Shown piece after piece: positions 28,526 to 37,552 of a stretch of 64,000 bases of DNA. Numbering within the stretch: position 1 is the first letter of the stretch; every line of letters starts with the position of its first letter. The position numbers were made by a program, and so were the translations under genes. The stretch is taken from the sequence record NC_019929.1, one strand, 5' to 3'. The notes beneath the pieces were generated by a model that saw only the letters and a program-made list of their open reading frames with translations, searched no databases and was not told where the DNA came from.

Positions 28526-28921
28526 ATGCGTGGAGTTGTTGGTTGTTTGATGTTCGTTGTTGTTCTCGTGTCTTCTTTCGCGGTGAGCGCCTCGACGTCG
28601 GTTGGTGATTTGTTACTCACCGATTCTCAGTATCAGTATAATCCGCCGCCGTTTGAAGTTTGTACGACCAAGGCGGATGTGTGTAGCGAACTCGGACAAC
28701 ACGACCACTTCATTCTGGTAAAAGCAGACGGAGGTGCGACGTGTCCCGCAGGTTACTATTTCGTGTTGGACTCCGCAGCAAAAGAAATTATTCCGGTTGA
28801 CACGGTGACGTGTGACCCTACGCTTAAGGTCACCCTCGCCAAGAACACTAAAACGAAGAAGCACTTAGTCGTCGTAGAACAGCAAGGTAAGACAGTCGGC
28901 TCTGTGCCACTAGACAACTAA
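28526..28921 (+). CDS. Secreted Cys-containing protein (paralog family)
   Basis: Signal peptide ending VSA; FEVC..VC..TCP..YY.V..TC. Confidence 0.8.
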   Translation: MRGVVGCLMFVVVLVSSFAVSASTSVGDLLLTDSQYQYNPPPFEVCTTKADVCSELGQHDHFILVKADGGATCPAGYYFVLDSAAKEIIPVDTVTCDPTLKVTLAKNTKTKKHLVVVEQQGKTVGSVPLDN

Positions 28922-28944
28922 GCAGCCTACACACAGGTGCCAAC

Positions 28945-29012
28945 TGTAAGACGTCCACGACAACGTCTTACTTGACCTCGTAGTCTAAGTCCCCAACACT
29001 TCCGGGCTACGA
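28945..29012 (+). other. Structured intergenic region with two long hairpins
   Basis: GTAAGACGT..ACGTCTTAC and GACCTCGTAGTC..GGCTACGAGGTC followed by CTTTTT. Confidence 0.5.
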
Positions 29013-29062
29013 GGTCCTTTTTGACCCCCCACTAATCGACTATCAAACCTTAAGGATTACCC

Positions 29063-29572
29063 ATGAATACTCAAACTGCACTTGATGCTCGCGTTGGTTT
29101 CTTTGCTCAACATAACGCCCGCCCTGATTACTTACGTTCTGTGCTATCTACTGCATGGAAGATGATTCAACTCGACGACCTCACTCGCCACACCAATGCA
29201 AGTGAATGGGATGAGACCGTCTATGCTCTCGCGAACACCATTGATTACGCGTGGGTGGAAGACGTGCTGCAATGTCGTCAACTGGATGTTTACTATCGCC
29301 GTATCATCGGCGCACAGCGCGTGCTCATGGCCATCGGTGCCAATCGTCGACTCCCGTCGTATCTTCTGACCGAGCGTCAGGACGACGAGACGTTAGACCA
29401 CGTTCTTATCAGCGACTTCTGGGACAACAGTGCGGACGTTCTCGAACTGTCCAGCGGTGAACGTATCGCCGCTAACCTGGTGTTCAGCTGTAACGCAGAC
29501 ATGTACAAACCGTATGCCGTGATTAATGGGAAAGAGGTTCCTGTTATTTCGCTTATGCATATGGGACTGTAA
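29063..29572 (+). CDS. Hypothetical protein
   Basis: 169 aa, AAGGA upstream. Confidence 0.75.
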   Translation: MNTQTALDARVGFFAQHNARPDYLRSVLSTAWKMIQLDDLTRHTNASEWDETVYALANTIDYAWVEDVLQCRQLDVYYRRIIGAQRVLMAIGANRRLPSYLLTERQDDETLDHVLISDFWDNSADVLELSSGERIAANLVFSCNADMYKPYAVINGKEVPVISLMHMGL

Positions 29573-29578
29573 TCATAG

Positions 29579-29607
29579 AGGTAGCCTACGGGCTACCTTC
29601 TTTTTTT
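29579..29607 (+). terminator. Intrinsic terminator
   Basis: AGGTAGCC-TACG-GGCTACCT plus T-tract. Confidence 0.8.
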
Positions 29608-29625
29608 GATTAATAAGGATACACC

Positions 29626-30234
29626 ATGAACGAATTGACGTTGGTCCGTTTTATCCAGGCGATGCGCGTCCACGAACTGACCCCGACCAATAAACTGTAC
29701 ATCGATTTGATGGTCGAAGAAATCGAGGGCTTCCTGGAGTACCCGCGACTGGCTGCGTATTTCGAGAAGTACACACCGCAGGCATACGCGGAATTAAAAG
29801 ACGCCCTGGCAAATCAGCAGACACTTACGCTGAACACGACGCCGTTCAAGGCGTTAACCGCCATTGAACCTAACGGTTCGGTTGATGTACCACGCCGGGT
29901 ACTCTTCTTCTACGTAGACGGCGACAACATGGTCGCTGAGCGGGTTAACTGGATTGGTGAGGAACTCACAACAGAGAACTGGGTGGTGGGTGATGTGGGC
30001 AATGCCTGGAAAGAAGAAAACCACCAAACCTTCCCGTACGAAGAAATCCCGATGACCTATCTGTTCCCGGTTTATCTGGATAAAGCAGCGCCAGGCAAAA
30101 CTGCGGAACTGACAGCCTTGCTCTGTCAGCAAACAGCCGAGGTGGTAATGAGTACCGCTGGTAAAGCGTGGTGCGACCGGTCAAAAGCAGGGGACTATTG
30201 GTTACTCTGTGGCTACAAAAAGTTTAAAGAGTAA
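29626..30234 (+). CDS. Hypothetical protein
   Basis: 202 aa, AAGGA upstream. Confidence 0.75.
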   Translation: MNELTLVRFIQAMRVHELTPTNKLYIDLMVEEIEGFLEYPRLAAYFEKYTPQAYAELKDALANQQTLTLNTTPFKALTAIEPNGSVDVPRRVLFFYVDGDNMVAERVNWIGEELTTENWVVGDVGNAWKEENHQTFPYEEIPMTYLFPVYLDKAAPGKTAELTALLCQQTAEVVMSTAGKAWCDRSKAGDYWLLCGYKKFKE

Positions 30235-30248
30235 TGGTATCAAAGACT

Positions 30249-30281
30249 TGGAGACCTTCGGGTCTCCATCTCTATTTTTTT
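30249..30281 (+). terminator. Intrinsic terminator
   Basis: TGGAGACC-TTCG-GGTCTCCA plus T-tract. Confidence 0.8.
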
Positions 30282-30335
30282 ACGCTTGAAATCATGGATA
30301 TGTAGAAACTAATACTTTTTCATTAGAAGGCAACC

Positions 30336-32846
30336 ATGCTAAAGGTCGAGCGTATTATTCTGAAAGGATTTACCGGGATGGGGTTGCATGAAATCGAAAC
30401 CTTTGATTTCACGTTACAATCCACCGTGACGATTATCCTCGGCGGCAACGGCTGTGGCAAGACAAGCTTGTTGTCTGTCTTCCTTCCCTTAGCACCCTCC
30501 AAAACAGAATTTCGAGACGGGGGCTCTTACACGAATTATGCACTCGTGGGAGACCAACGTTTCAAGTTCCACGTCAAACGTAAAGGTAGCTCGCTTGTCT
30601 GTGACATCGAGAACCTGACCACCGGTGAAAAACTGATAGACAATGCCAATTCTAAAGTCTACAACTCCCGCATTGAAGAACTGACGGGTATCACCAAAGA
30701 AATCAAAGAACTCATTAACGGGGAAATGCTCCTTACAGACGCTGGTACTGATTTGCGTCGTAAGTGGCTGAATAAAATGTCCTCTTCTGACCTGACGTAC
30801 GCGCTTGGCTTCTATGCCCGTTTACGTAAGAACCTGACAGGTCTGAACGGGGCGATGGATCACACCAGTCGTAAAATCGCAGAGTTGAAGATGCGGGTTG
30901 TCGAAGATAACGACGAACGTAAACAGCTCGGTGAACGCTTGAAAGAGTTGGACGGGGATTTGCGTGAGTTGAACCGCACCATCGAACAACTGCCCGGTGT
31001 GAACAACGCGGTATCGAAACACAGCATTGAGAAGTTACTCCAGCAACTCAAGCCGATGACAGATATGATCCAGCGCCATAAAGGTGTTATCCCGTCTGAC
31101 GAAACCCTGCGTGCGACGCGGGCGAACGAATCGTGTCTGCGTGAATTTGCCGTTGCGGCTGAAACCGAAGTCACGATGCTGAATAAAGAACTGTCAGCCT
31201 TACTCGATGAGTCGACGCGTCAGGATTACCTGATGCGTAACCACGAAGGGTTGAAACAAACTTTAACCACGTTGCGCGAAGAGATTGCCAGTTGGGATAA
31301 CCAGCAGTGGCTGTTCCCGGACTTGTTCGTGGGTGACACTATCACTATTGACCAGTTACGTGGGGCACAAGACGCACGCGTGTGGGGTCAGAAGCTCGGT
31401 ACCACATTGGATGCGGTTCACTCCAACGAACGCTTAGCGGTATTGGAAGAACGGCTGTGTCGTTTTGACCAAGTCTCTGCGGGGTTGAGTGAACGCCTGC
31501 AACGCGTCAAGAACGTGCTGCATGGCCTGGAGCATGAACGTGGACATTTCCTGGACACCGCGGAAGTTGACTGTCCGAAATGTACGCACCGTTTCCGTCC
31601 GGGTGTACGCAAGTCACTGCAAACCATTGAAAAGGAAATCAATGAGAACGTAGTGTGGAAGAAACAGGTTGAGGAAGAATTGGAAACCTTGCTGGCGAAC
31701 CGCAAAGATGTGGAGAGCGATGTAGGGTACTTGCGCCAGGTACGTGAAATCGTTTTGACCTATTCCAAAGACCCGGTACTGTGTTTGTTCTTTAAAAAGT
31801 TGCAAGAGAAGGATGTGTTCACGGATAACCGTCATCAGTTCGCTGGTATTGCGAACACATTTGGCCAAGAGCTGGAACAAGCCGTGGATTGTTTGATCAG
31901 TCGTCGCAAGTTAGCGAAAGCTGAGAAGGATTGGATGGAAGCCGTGGCGGCCGTAGGAAATGTAGACGGGGCACTGCACCAGAAAATCGAACACCTGCGA
32001 AACAGGCTAGGGAATGCGACTGAGCGTCTCTCAGAGCGACGCAGAGCTGTCGAAGAGGTGTCAGATGTCCTGACGTACCAGGAAAACGTGAAACGTGCTG
32101 TAGACCAATTTAATACGCTTTACTCACGGCTCGGTTCCGACGTGCAAACGTCCATGACCAACGCCTTAGTGAACGAGTTGTTGTCTGCGCGTGAAAGTAA
32201 GCTTGATGCTTTCACCACCGCCCGCGAACGTTTCCGTCAGATGGAAAATGAAATGGTGAATCTTGACGGGTTGGAAAAAGAGTTGGCCGAGTTACAAGCC
32301 CACCACTTTAACAACAAGTTAATGATTCAAGCCTGGTCACCGGAGAAAGGTGTGCTGCGCAAATACTTCTATAACGCCATTGTGCGTATTACGGAGTTGA
32401 TGTCACGCTACATTGACAGGGTCTGGTCTTACCCGATGCGGGTAATGCCTTGTGATTTGTCTGAGGGGGATTTAGACTACACCTTCCCCGTTCAGCTCAA
32501 AACACATCCTGAACCGGTACCGGATGTTCGAAAAGGGTCAAAAGCACAACGGGCCATCTTTAACCTGATGTTTCGTTTGACAGCCTATAAGGCCCTCAAT
32601 TTACAACATTACCCCTTGGTATTGGATGAACCCTCAGAAGGCATGGATGAAGAACACAAAAATAGTTTGGTGGGCTTTATCAAAAGTATCGCGCAATCTG
32701 GCGAGTTCTCCCAACTGTTGGTGGTCTCTCATGAGGCGGAAGTACATTCCAAGCTGAACGAAGCAACCTATTGTGTCGTTGAGCCTGAGGGGGTTACGCT
32801 GCCTCCTGTTTACAATGAAGGAGTGAAGATTGTATACGCGGCGTGA
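30336..32846 (+). CDS. sbcC: SbcC/Rad50-like SMC ATPase
   Basis: Walker A GGNGCGKT, central CPKC zinc hook in a coiled coil, GSKAQ signature, LVLDEP Walker B, VVSH. Confidence 0.9.
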   Translation: MLKVERIILKGFTGMGLHEIETFDFTLQSTVTIILGGNGCGKTSLLSVFLPLAPSKTEFRDGGSYTNYALVGDQRFKFHVKRKGSSLVCDIENLTTGEKLIDNANSKVYNSRIEELTGITKEIKELINGEMLLTDAGTDLRRKWLNKMSSSDLTYALGFYARLRKNLTGLNGAMDHTSRKIAELKMRVVEDNDERKQLGERLKELDGDLRELNRTIEQLPGVNNAVSKHSIEKLLQQLKPMTDMIQRHKGVIPSDETLRATRANESCLREFAVAAETEVTMLNKELSALLDESTRQDYLMRNHEGLKQTLTTLREEIASWDNQQWLFPDLFVGDTITIDQLRGAQDARVWGQKLGTTLDAVHSNERLAVLEERLCRFDQVSAGLSERLQRVKNVLHGLEHERGHFLDTAEVDCPKCTHRFRPGVRKSLQTIEKEINENVVWKKQVEEELETLLANRKDVESDVGYLRQVREIVLTYSKDPVLCLFFKKLQEKDVFTDNRHQFAGIANTFGQELEQAVDCLISRRKLAKAEKDWMEAVAAVGNVDGALHQKIEHLRNRLGNATERLSERRRAVEEVSDVLTYQENVKRAVDQFNTLYSRLGSDVQTSMTNALVNELLSARESKLDAFTTARERFRQMENEMVNLDGLEKELAELQAHHFNNKLMIQAWSPEKGVLRKYFYNAIVRITELMSRYIDRVWSYPMRVMPCDLSEGDLDYTFPVQLKTHPEPVPDVRKGSKAQRAIFNLMFRLTAYKALNLQHYPLVLDEPSEGMDEEHKNSLVGFIKSIAQSGEFSQLLVVSHEAEVHSKLNEATYCVVEPEGVTLPPVYNEGVKIVYAA

Positions 32847-33030
32847 TTGGGGTCGTAAGCTGGCCAGTGCGGTGTTTTGGTTGTGTGCTGCATTGGTCGG
32901 CTTTTTCTATTTACTGTTCTGTGCGGTAGTGATTATCATCCATTTGGTTCCGTATCTCCTTAAGGGGTTGGAGATGATTTGGGATTGGTTGTGGTCACAA
33001 CGCGGGGCCTGTGAATGGCGGGGGAAATAA
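32830..33030 (+). CDS. Small membrane protein (66 aa)
   Basis: TTG start with AAGGAG; long hydrophobic segment. Confidence 0.6.
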   Translation: MYTRRDWGRKLASAVFWLCAALVGFFYLLFCAVVIIIHLVPYLLKGLEMIWDWLWSQRGACEWRGK

Positions 33031-33140
33031 TGGAAGTAGGCATTTTACTGGTACTGGGTTCCCTGTGGCTGATTGGTAAAGCCTGGGACTGGATTATCAA
33101 ACATAAGGGATGGGCGTTCGATGGCAAAACGTCGCATTAA
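33030..33140 (+). CDS. Small membrane peptide (36 aa)
   Basis: Hand-translated MEVGILLVLGSLWLIGKAWDWIIKHKGWAFDGKTSH; TAATG coupling to the previous ORF. Confidence 0.55.
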   Translation: MEVGILLVLGSLWLIGKAWDWIIKHKGWAFDGKTSH

Positions 33141-33333
33141 GTCTAAGCTGAAGATGGGTGTATTGTTGTCTTTGCATGTATTGGTGGTAGCCGGTGTTTT
33201 GTTTGCGGACGCTACCCCTATCATGTGGCTGTTTATTTTCCTCATCTTCATCGAAGGAATTTATGTCGGCCGCTTGACAACACGACCACCCTTATTGCGT
33301 GACCCGGCTTACGATAACCGGGAGACAGCATGA
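33121..33333 (+). CDS. Small membrane protein (70 aa, two TM segments)
   Basis: MAKRRIKSKLKMGVLLSLHVLVVAGVLFADATPIMWLFIFLIFIEG... Confidence 0.6.
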   Translation: MAKRRIKSKLKMGVLLSLHVLVVAGVLFADATPIMWLFIFLIFIEGIYVGRLTTRPPLLRDPAYDNRETA

Positions 33334-33437
33334 TCCGTGTACTCGGGCTGTTGTTTAAAGCGGCGTTCCTCACGGGCGTCGCCATCGTGTGTGGTGTAGT
33401 TGGGGCAGTCACTGCACTTACGCAGGGCTGGTTTTAG
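33330..33437 (+). CDS. Small membrane peptide (35 aa)
   Basis: Hand-translated MIRVLGLLFKAAFLTGVAIVCGVVGAVTALTQGWF; GGAG upstream; ATGA overlap. Confidence 0.6.
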   Translation: MIRVLGLLFKAAFLTGVAIVCGVVGAVTALTQGWF

Positions 33438-33921
33438 CGAAAGGGGTTTTAAATGCGAGGTGTAACATGTAATACCCGGAAATTGTGCAGCTTAACGATT
33501 TCGATGGCAAGCGGGGTGCGATAATGGGAGAACCCAAACGGACACTAACTGCTTGTATTATTGCAGTGCTTCAGCGGAACTTCGAGGGTTCCACATCACA
33601 GTTTGCGGATGAAGCTGCTGAATGTGGTCTTGATGATGAACCTGAGGTTTCACGTCCAGTAGAAGAGAATTGGCGTGGTAGCCGCGTGCGGCAGGCGAAT
33701 CTCGCGCGCACTAAGGCTACAACCAAACGACTTTGGCGACCCCAACGTCGTTGAGATACTATCCCAGTAGAGGAAGATCTCACACCTGCACTAAAAGTAT
33801 TAAAGTTATCTGCGTTATACCCAGAGTACACTTTGACTAATTACACAACTTTTCTTTCGTTATCATACTCCGTTTAATCCGCGTGGTGGATTTAAACGAG
33901 AATACTTAGGAACCGAAATCC

Positions 33922-34413
33922 ATGACCGAAATCGTAATTCTTTCATCCTCCTCCGATTTTTCGGAAGCCGCTAAAAAGCAGTTGTTGGCACTGCACTACA
34001 AGTTCCTGAATCATCAGCGCAACACTTTACATATCGACAAAGCCGTCGTTCCGGAATTGTCAATTGAAAAGCTGATGGCAGGTAACCGTGTAGCGGTGGC
34101 AATGGAGTCAGGCAGCCCGGTGGGTTACTGTCTCTACCGTATCATCGGTGGGGTGTTAAAGATTCGTACGATGTTTGTCAGTGAAGCCTATCGTCGTCGT
34201 GGCTTCATGACGCAAATCCTCGATGCCCTGGGCAGCAAAGAGACGTTCCACCGCATTCATGCGGGCGTGTTTGCCAAAGAAGAACCAGCGGTCACGTTCT
34301 TCAAAGCACGCGACTTCAACTGCGTACCCAGTCGTGACGGGGATTGGTTAGAAGTAGATAAATTCATCATCTCTGATGAAATTAAAGCTGAAGGCACTTT
34401 AGCCGTGGCTTGA
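33922..34413 (+). CDS. GNAT-family acetyltransferase
   Basis: VAVAMESGSPVGYC..IRTMFVSEAYRRRGFMT motif A, A..FF..RDF motif B. Confidence 0.85.
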   Translation: MTEIVILSSSSDFSEAAKKQLLALHYKFLNHQRNTLHIDKAVVPELSIEKLMAGNRVAVAMESGSPVGYCLYRIIGGVLKIRTMFVSEAYRRRGFMTQILDALGSKETFHRIHAGVFAKEEPAVTFFKARDFNCVPSRDGDWLEVDKFIISDEIKAEGTLAVA

Positions 34414-34482
34414 TAACACAGCTCTCCTTTCGTATAGATATCCCCCGATAATCGTGGGAATTTTACGTTAGGAGAGCTATTT

Positions 34483-34812
34483 ATGTTAAACCGTCCTCAT
34501 GTACCTGGCATCGACTCTAACGTTTGTTGGTCGGAATATGCGCGGGTCGTTCCGTTCCTTCAAGAGGCTAAAATGAAAGAGCCTGTTCACGTTAACGTCG
34601 GTACCATTGGTCACGTTGACCATTCCCGTTCTGCGGTCTCTGCTTGTGTCGGTGGGGCTTTGGGTACACTCCCAACGGCTAACCCGTTTGAGTTCCGCCC
34701 ATTACACAGCCAACCGCTTGTGCTGATTCATGCCAGTGAAATGGATAACTTGCTCTCCATGCTGGAAAACGGAATGTCCCTGCACGTCGAGGTACATCAC
34801 CCCGTAGAGTAA
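34483..34812 (+). CDS. Small protein containing the EF-Tu N-terminal motif HVNVGTIGHVDH
   Basis: 109 aa with GGAG upstream (alternative start 34573); motif at 34588-34623. Confidence 0.7.
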   Translation: MLNRPHVPGIDSNVCWSEYARVVPFLQEAKMKEPVHVNVGTIGHVDHSRSAVSACVGGALGTLPTANPFEFRPLHSQPLVLIHASEMDNLLSMLENGMSLHVEVHHPVE

Positions 34813-34837
34813 CAGAAATACCCTAAAGGATAATGTA

Positions 34838-35356
34838 ATGGATAAGTTAGTTATTAGTAACAAGTTGCGTACCACCGTGGGTGTAACTGGTGAGCGTCAT
34901 TTGGAGGGGAACGAGTGTGGTGTCCGTTTCTCTTACAAGCGATTATGGGCAATGAAAGAGGCCGATATGTTACCCGATACACTGCCCGCCATTCAGACGG
35001 TGTATGATGAGGAAAGCGAAATCATGCGCAGCGTCGTGTGGTATCAACAACTGCTCAATCGTGACCGTGTAGGGGAAACCTGCATGAATATCGTGGGGCA
35101 CTTCTTAGACCTCACGCCATCGATTCAGATTGCCCTTATCAAGCCCCGCTACTGGCGGCCTGCGTTGATTCGTGAAGCGTATTTGTTAGAACGCTGCGGT
35201 GTTGACCCAGAGAAAGTGTGGCGCAAAATGGACGACCACACCTACCGCGAAGAAATTACACATTCACTCAATCTTTTGTTAGCCCTCCGTCGTCAAGGTA
35301 TCCATCACGAGGGTTTCGAATCCGCGTTGAATACCTGGCTGAGGAAACACAAATGA
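34838..35356 (+). CDS. Hypothetical protein
   Basis: 172 aa, AAGGA upstream. Confidence 0.75.
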   Translation: MDKLVISNKLRTTVGVTGERHLEGNECGVRFSYKRLWAMKEADMLPDTLPAIQTVYDEESEIMRSVVWYQQLLNRDRVGETCMNIVGHFLDLTPSIQIALIKPRYWRPALIREAYLLERCGVDPEKVWRKMDDHTYREEITHSLNLLLALRRQGIHHEGFESALNTWLRKHK

Positions 35357-35544
35357 GTGTTGAAAATGAAGTGGTTGAATTAATCGAAGACGGTCGTTTG
35401 GTGGGGTTTTACTTCCCACCGACCGAAGAAGAGAAGCGTGTCCATCAAGCGTGGCAGGTTCAGAACATGAAACCTAACCCGGCCATGGACTGCATTGGCG
35501 TGACACTGCCAGGGAACAGTCCCTGGGGTTGGGGGAAGTGGTAA
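35353..35544 (+). CDS. Hypothetical protein (63 aa)
   Basis: ATG 35353 with GAGG upstream, overlaps the previous stop. Confidence 0.6.
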   Translation: MSVENEVVELIEDGRLVGFYFPPTEEEKRVHQAWQVQNMKPNPAMDCIGVTLPGNSPWGWGKW

Positions 35545-35984
35545 TGAGTGAGAAGCCTTATACGGGTACGGTCGTGCGTATCGGTGAAACGATTTCAGTT
35601 GTTGATGCCTATGGTAATCCTGTGGCGGAATTGGTTGTCCCTACGTTGGACGAATTCCGTAATTCGGAACCCATCGGGGGTCGGGTGGTCATCTTCTTTA
35701 AAGGATTAATCCGCAAAGCCGGTTTACGTCCAGATGGTGTGCCTGGTGAAGTGTTGGCCGAGTTTCGGCAGCGTTATAAGGAGTTGGGGTTGACGTTGGG
35801 TGAAGTTACCCAATACCGTCCTAATCCTCACGACTTGGCCATGATTGGCTGGAAAGTGGGCGAGTACCGTGCAACGTTGCCTCGCGTTGCCGATGGTCTT
35901 CGCCGTGACATCTATTTTGCGAAACCTACCGGTGCACCCTACACCACGCTGTTCACCCACCGTGATGTGGAGTACGAAAAATGA
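35544..35984 (+). CDS. Hypothetical protein (146 aa)
   Basis: TAATG coupling. Confidence 0.7.
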   Translation: MSEKPYTGTVVRIGETISVVDAYGNPVAELVVPTLDEFRNSEPIGGRVVIFFKGLIRKAGLRPDGVPGEVLAEFRQRYKELGLTLGEVTQYRPNPHDLAMIGWKVGEYRATLPRVADGLRRDIYFAKPTGAPYTTLFTHRDVEYEK

Positions 35985-36283
35985 CAGTGAGTTACCTGCG
36001 CTTAAAAGGCGGGTACGTTGAAGCACCACGTACCTGGAATCGACGGACCACGCTGTCGAATCTGGTCCACATGGCCTGCGGGTATCCTAAACGGACACCG
36101 ACTGAACCGGAGTTTATTCCGAATGTGCCGGAAGAGGTTTCAGCCTTACGTCAGGTCGTATTAGACCGTATCTGTGAAACGGTTGAGCACATCGCCCAAT
36201 CCGCATGGGCCCGCATCGCTCAGGAGAGCATTGATGTCACTCGAACTGATAGACGAGGCCGTTATCTCCGCAGACCTGTTTAA
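35981..36283 (+). CDS. Hypothetical protein
   Basis: 100 aa, ATGA overlap, GGAG upstream. Confidence 0.6.
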   Translation: MTVSYLRLKGGYVEAPRTWNRRTTLSNLVHMACGYPKRTPTEPEFIPNVPEEVSALRQVVLDRICETVEHIAQSAWARIAQESIDVTRTDRRGRYLRRPV

Positions 36284-36734
36284 CGCGCCTGAGCGCTTCA
36301 AGGTCGTCACGGTAAACTGTGTGGGTGCAATGGGTGCGGGGATAGCGTTGGCCTGTAAGGAACGCTTCCCTGACCTTTACCAGCACTACCGTAAGCGGTG
36401 CTATGCAGGTGAAGTTGTGGTCGGTAAGGTGTACCTTTATTCCGATGAAGGAATCATACTCCTGCCGACCAAGACCCACTTTAAGTACAAATCCCAGGTT
36501 TCTTATGTTACTACCGGCGTTACGGCGTTGGCAGAACAAGGCGATGACTTAGAAGGTGGCATTGCAGTCCCTCCTTTGGGGATGGCGCACGGCTGGCTAA
36601 GCTTTAATGAACGGTGGGGTATTTACCAACACCTTCACAAAAGACTACACACAACGGAGCAACACTATCGATTATACCTACCAGCAAAACTATTAGCGGA
36701 AGCCGCAAGAGCTATCCCAAACGCTTTGAAATAG
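36234..36734 (+). CDS. Macrodomain ADP-ribose hydrolase (DarG/TARG1-like)
   Basis: DLF..VTVNCVGAMGAGIALACKERFP, LPTKTHF, IAVPPLGMAHG; ATG 36234 with AGGAG. Confidence 0.88.
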   Translation: MSLELIDEAVISADLFNAPERFKVVTVNCVGAMGAGIALACKERFPDLYQHYRKRCYAGEVVVGKVYLYSDEGIILLPTKTHFKYKSQVSYVTTGVTALAEQGDDLEGGIAVPPLGMAHGWLSFNERWGIYQHLHKRLHTTEQHYRLYLPAKLLAEAARAIPNALK

Positions 36735-36744
36735 ATATTATTAA
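36732..36744 (+). promoter_or_regulatory. Candidate early promoter AGATATTAT
   Basis: Recurrent motif; overlaps the upstream stop codon. Confidence 0.35.
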
Positions 36745-36835
36745 TTGGGCACTAAACAAAGGAGACTGAGCTGTCCGCGCCGTGATTCTAATTCGAGAAT
36801 ACGGAAAAGTAATATAATTCCAACGGAGAACCGTC

Positions 36836-37552
36836 ATGTTTCGTCTTATTCTAACTTTGCTGGTAGTAGCTGTGTCGTTCAACACCCACGCATCTTATCA
36901 GTCTTCGAGTACCAAGCAGCAAAAGGAATTCAAACTCATCGAGCAGCGCTTTGAGAAAGTCAGGCCGCTCATCGTTAAGGTAGCCAAAGAGCAGGGTGTC
37001 CACGCAGGCACACTGACCACGACCATCTACCGTGAATCCAAGTTCGACGTCAATGTCGGCAAAAACAAAAAGAGTAGCGCCCACAGCCTCGTGCAGATGA
37101 CCATGCCGACGAAGCGTTACGTGCTTAAACTTTACGGGAACCAACTGGGTATTCCGAAGAATGCGGATTTGAATAATCCGAAGTATGCGGTGATGTTAGC
37201 TGCTGCTTACTTTAACCACATCGAGGATCATCTGACCAAACAACTCAAACGCAAGCCGACTAATGCCGAAGTTGCCCTCGGCTATCGTTTCGGTGAAGGT
37301 GCCGCAGTCGCGATGATTAAAAAGAAATCATCTTCGGGTAAACGCTGGATGGCCAGCTTCCGTAAAGACGCCGCCTTCTATGGAGCCAAAGTGACTCCAC
37401 CGAAAGTTATCGAAACACATCAGCTTGCTTTTGCGGAGAAGAAACCTGCTGTCGATGTAACAGAGTTACAGAGTATCTGGAACAACTTATACAAACCCGC
37501 CGTTAACACACTCGTGGCGTTTAACGGCAACCTTAAAGGAGCATCGCTTTGA
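36836..37552 (+). CDS. Lytic transglycosylase (phiKZ gp144-like catalytic domain) with signal peptide
   Basis: Signal peptide ending THA; IYRES catalytic Glu, SSAHSLVQM, LNNP..AVMLAAAY, LKRKPTNAEVALGYRFGEGAA. Confidence 0.82.
   Translation: MFRLILTLLVVAVSFNTHASYQSSSTKQQKEFKLIEQRFEKVRPLIVKVAKEQGVHAGTLTTTIYRESKFDVNVGKNKKSSAHSLVQMTMPTKRYVLKLYGNQLGIPKNADLNNPKYAVMLAAAYFNHIEDHLTKQLKRKPTNAEVALGYRFGEGAAVAMIKKKSSSGKRWMASFRKDAAFYGAKVTPPKVIETHQLAFAEKKPAVDVTELQSIWNNLYKPAVNTLVAFNGNLKGASL

Noticed and set aside
28970-29010. Faint resemblance to the 5' part of HEARO/omega RNA (TTGACC..CTAAG..CTACG)
   Set aside because: Too short, and no IscB/TnpB/HNH gene or IS ends nearby
30336-32846. sbcC without an adjacent sbcD
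   Set aside because: The nuclease partner may lie outside the window; scattered genes are normal in jumbo phages
33485-33754. 89-aa ORF in the intergenic gap
   Set aside because: Weak RBS and no recognisable features; not listed as a CDS
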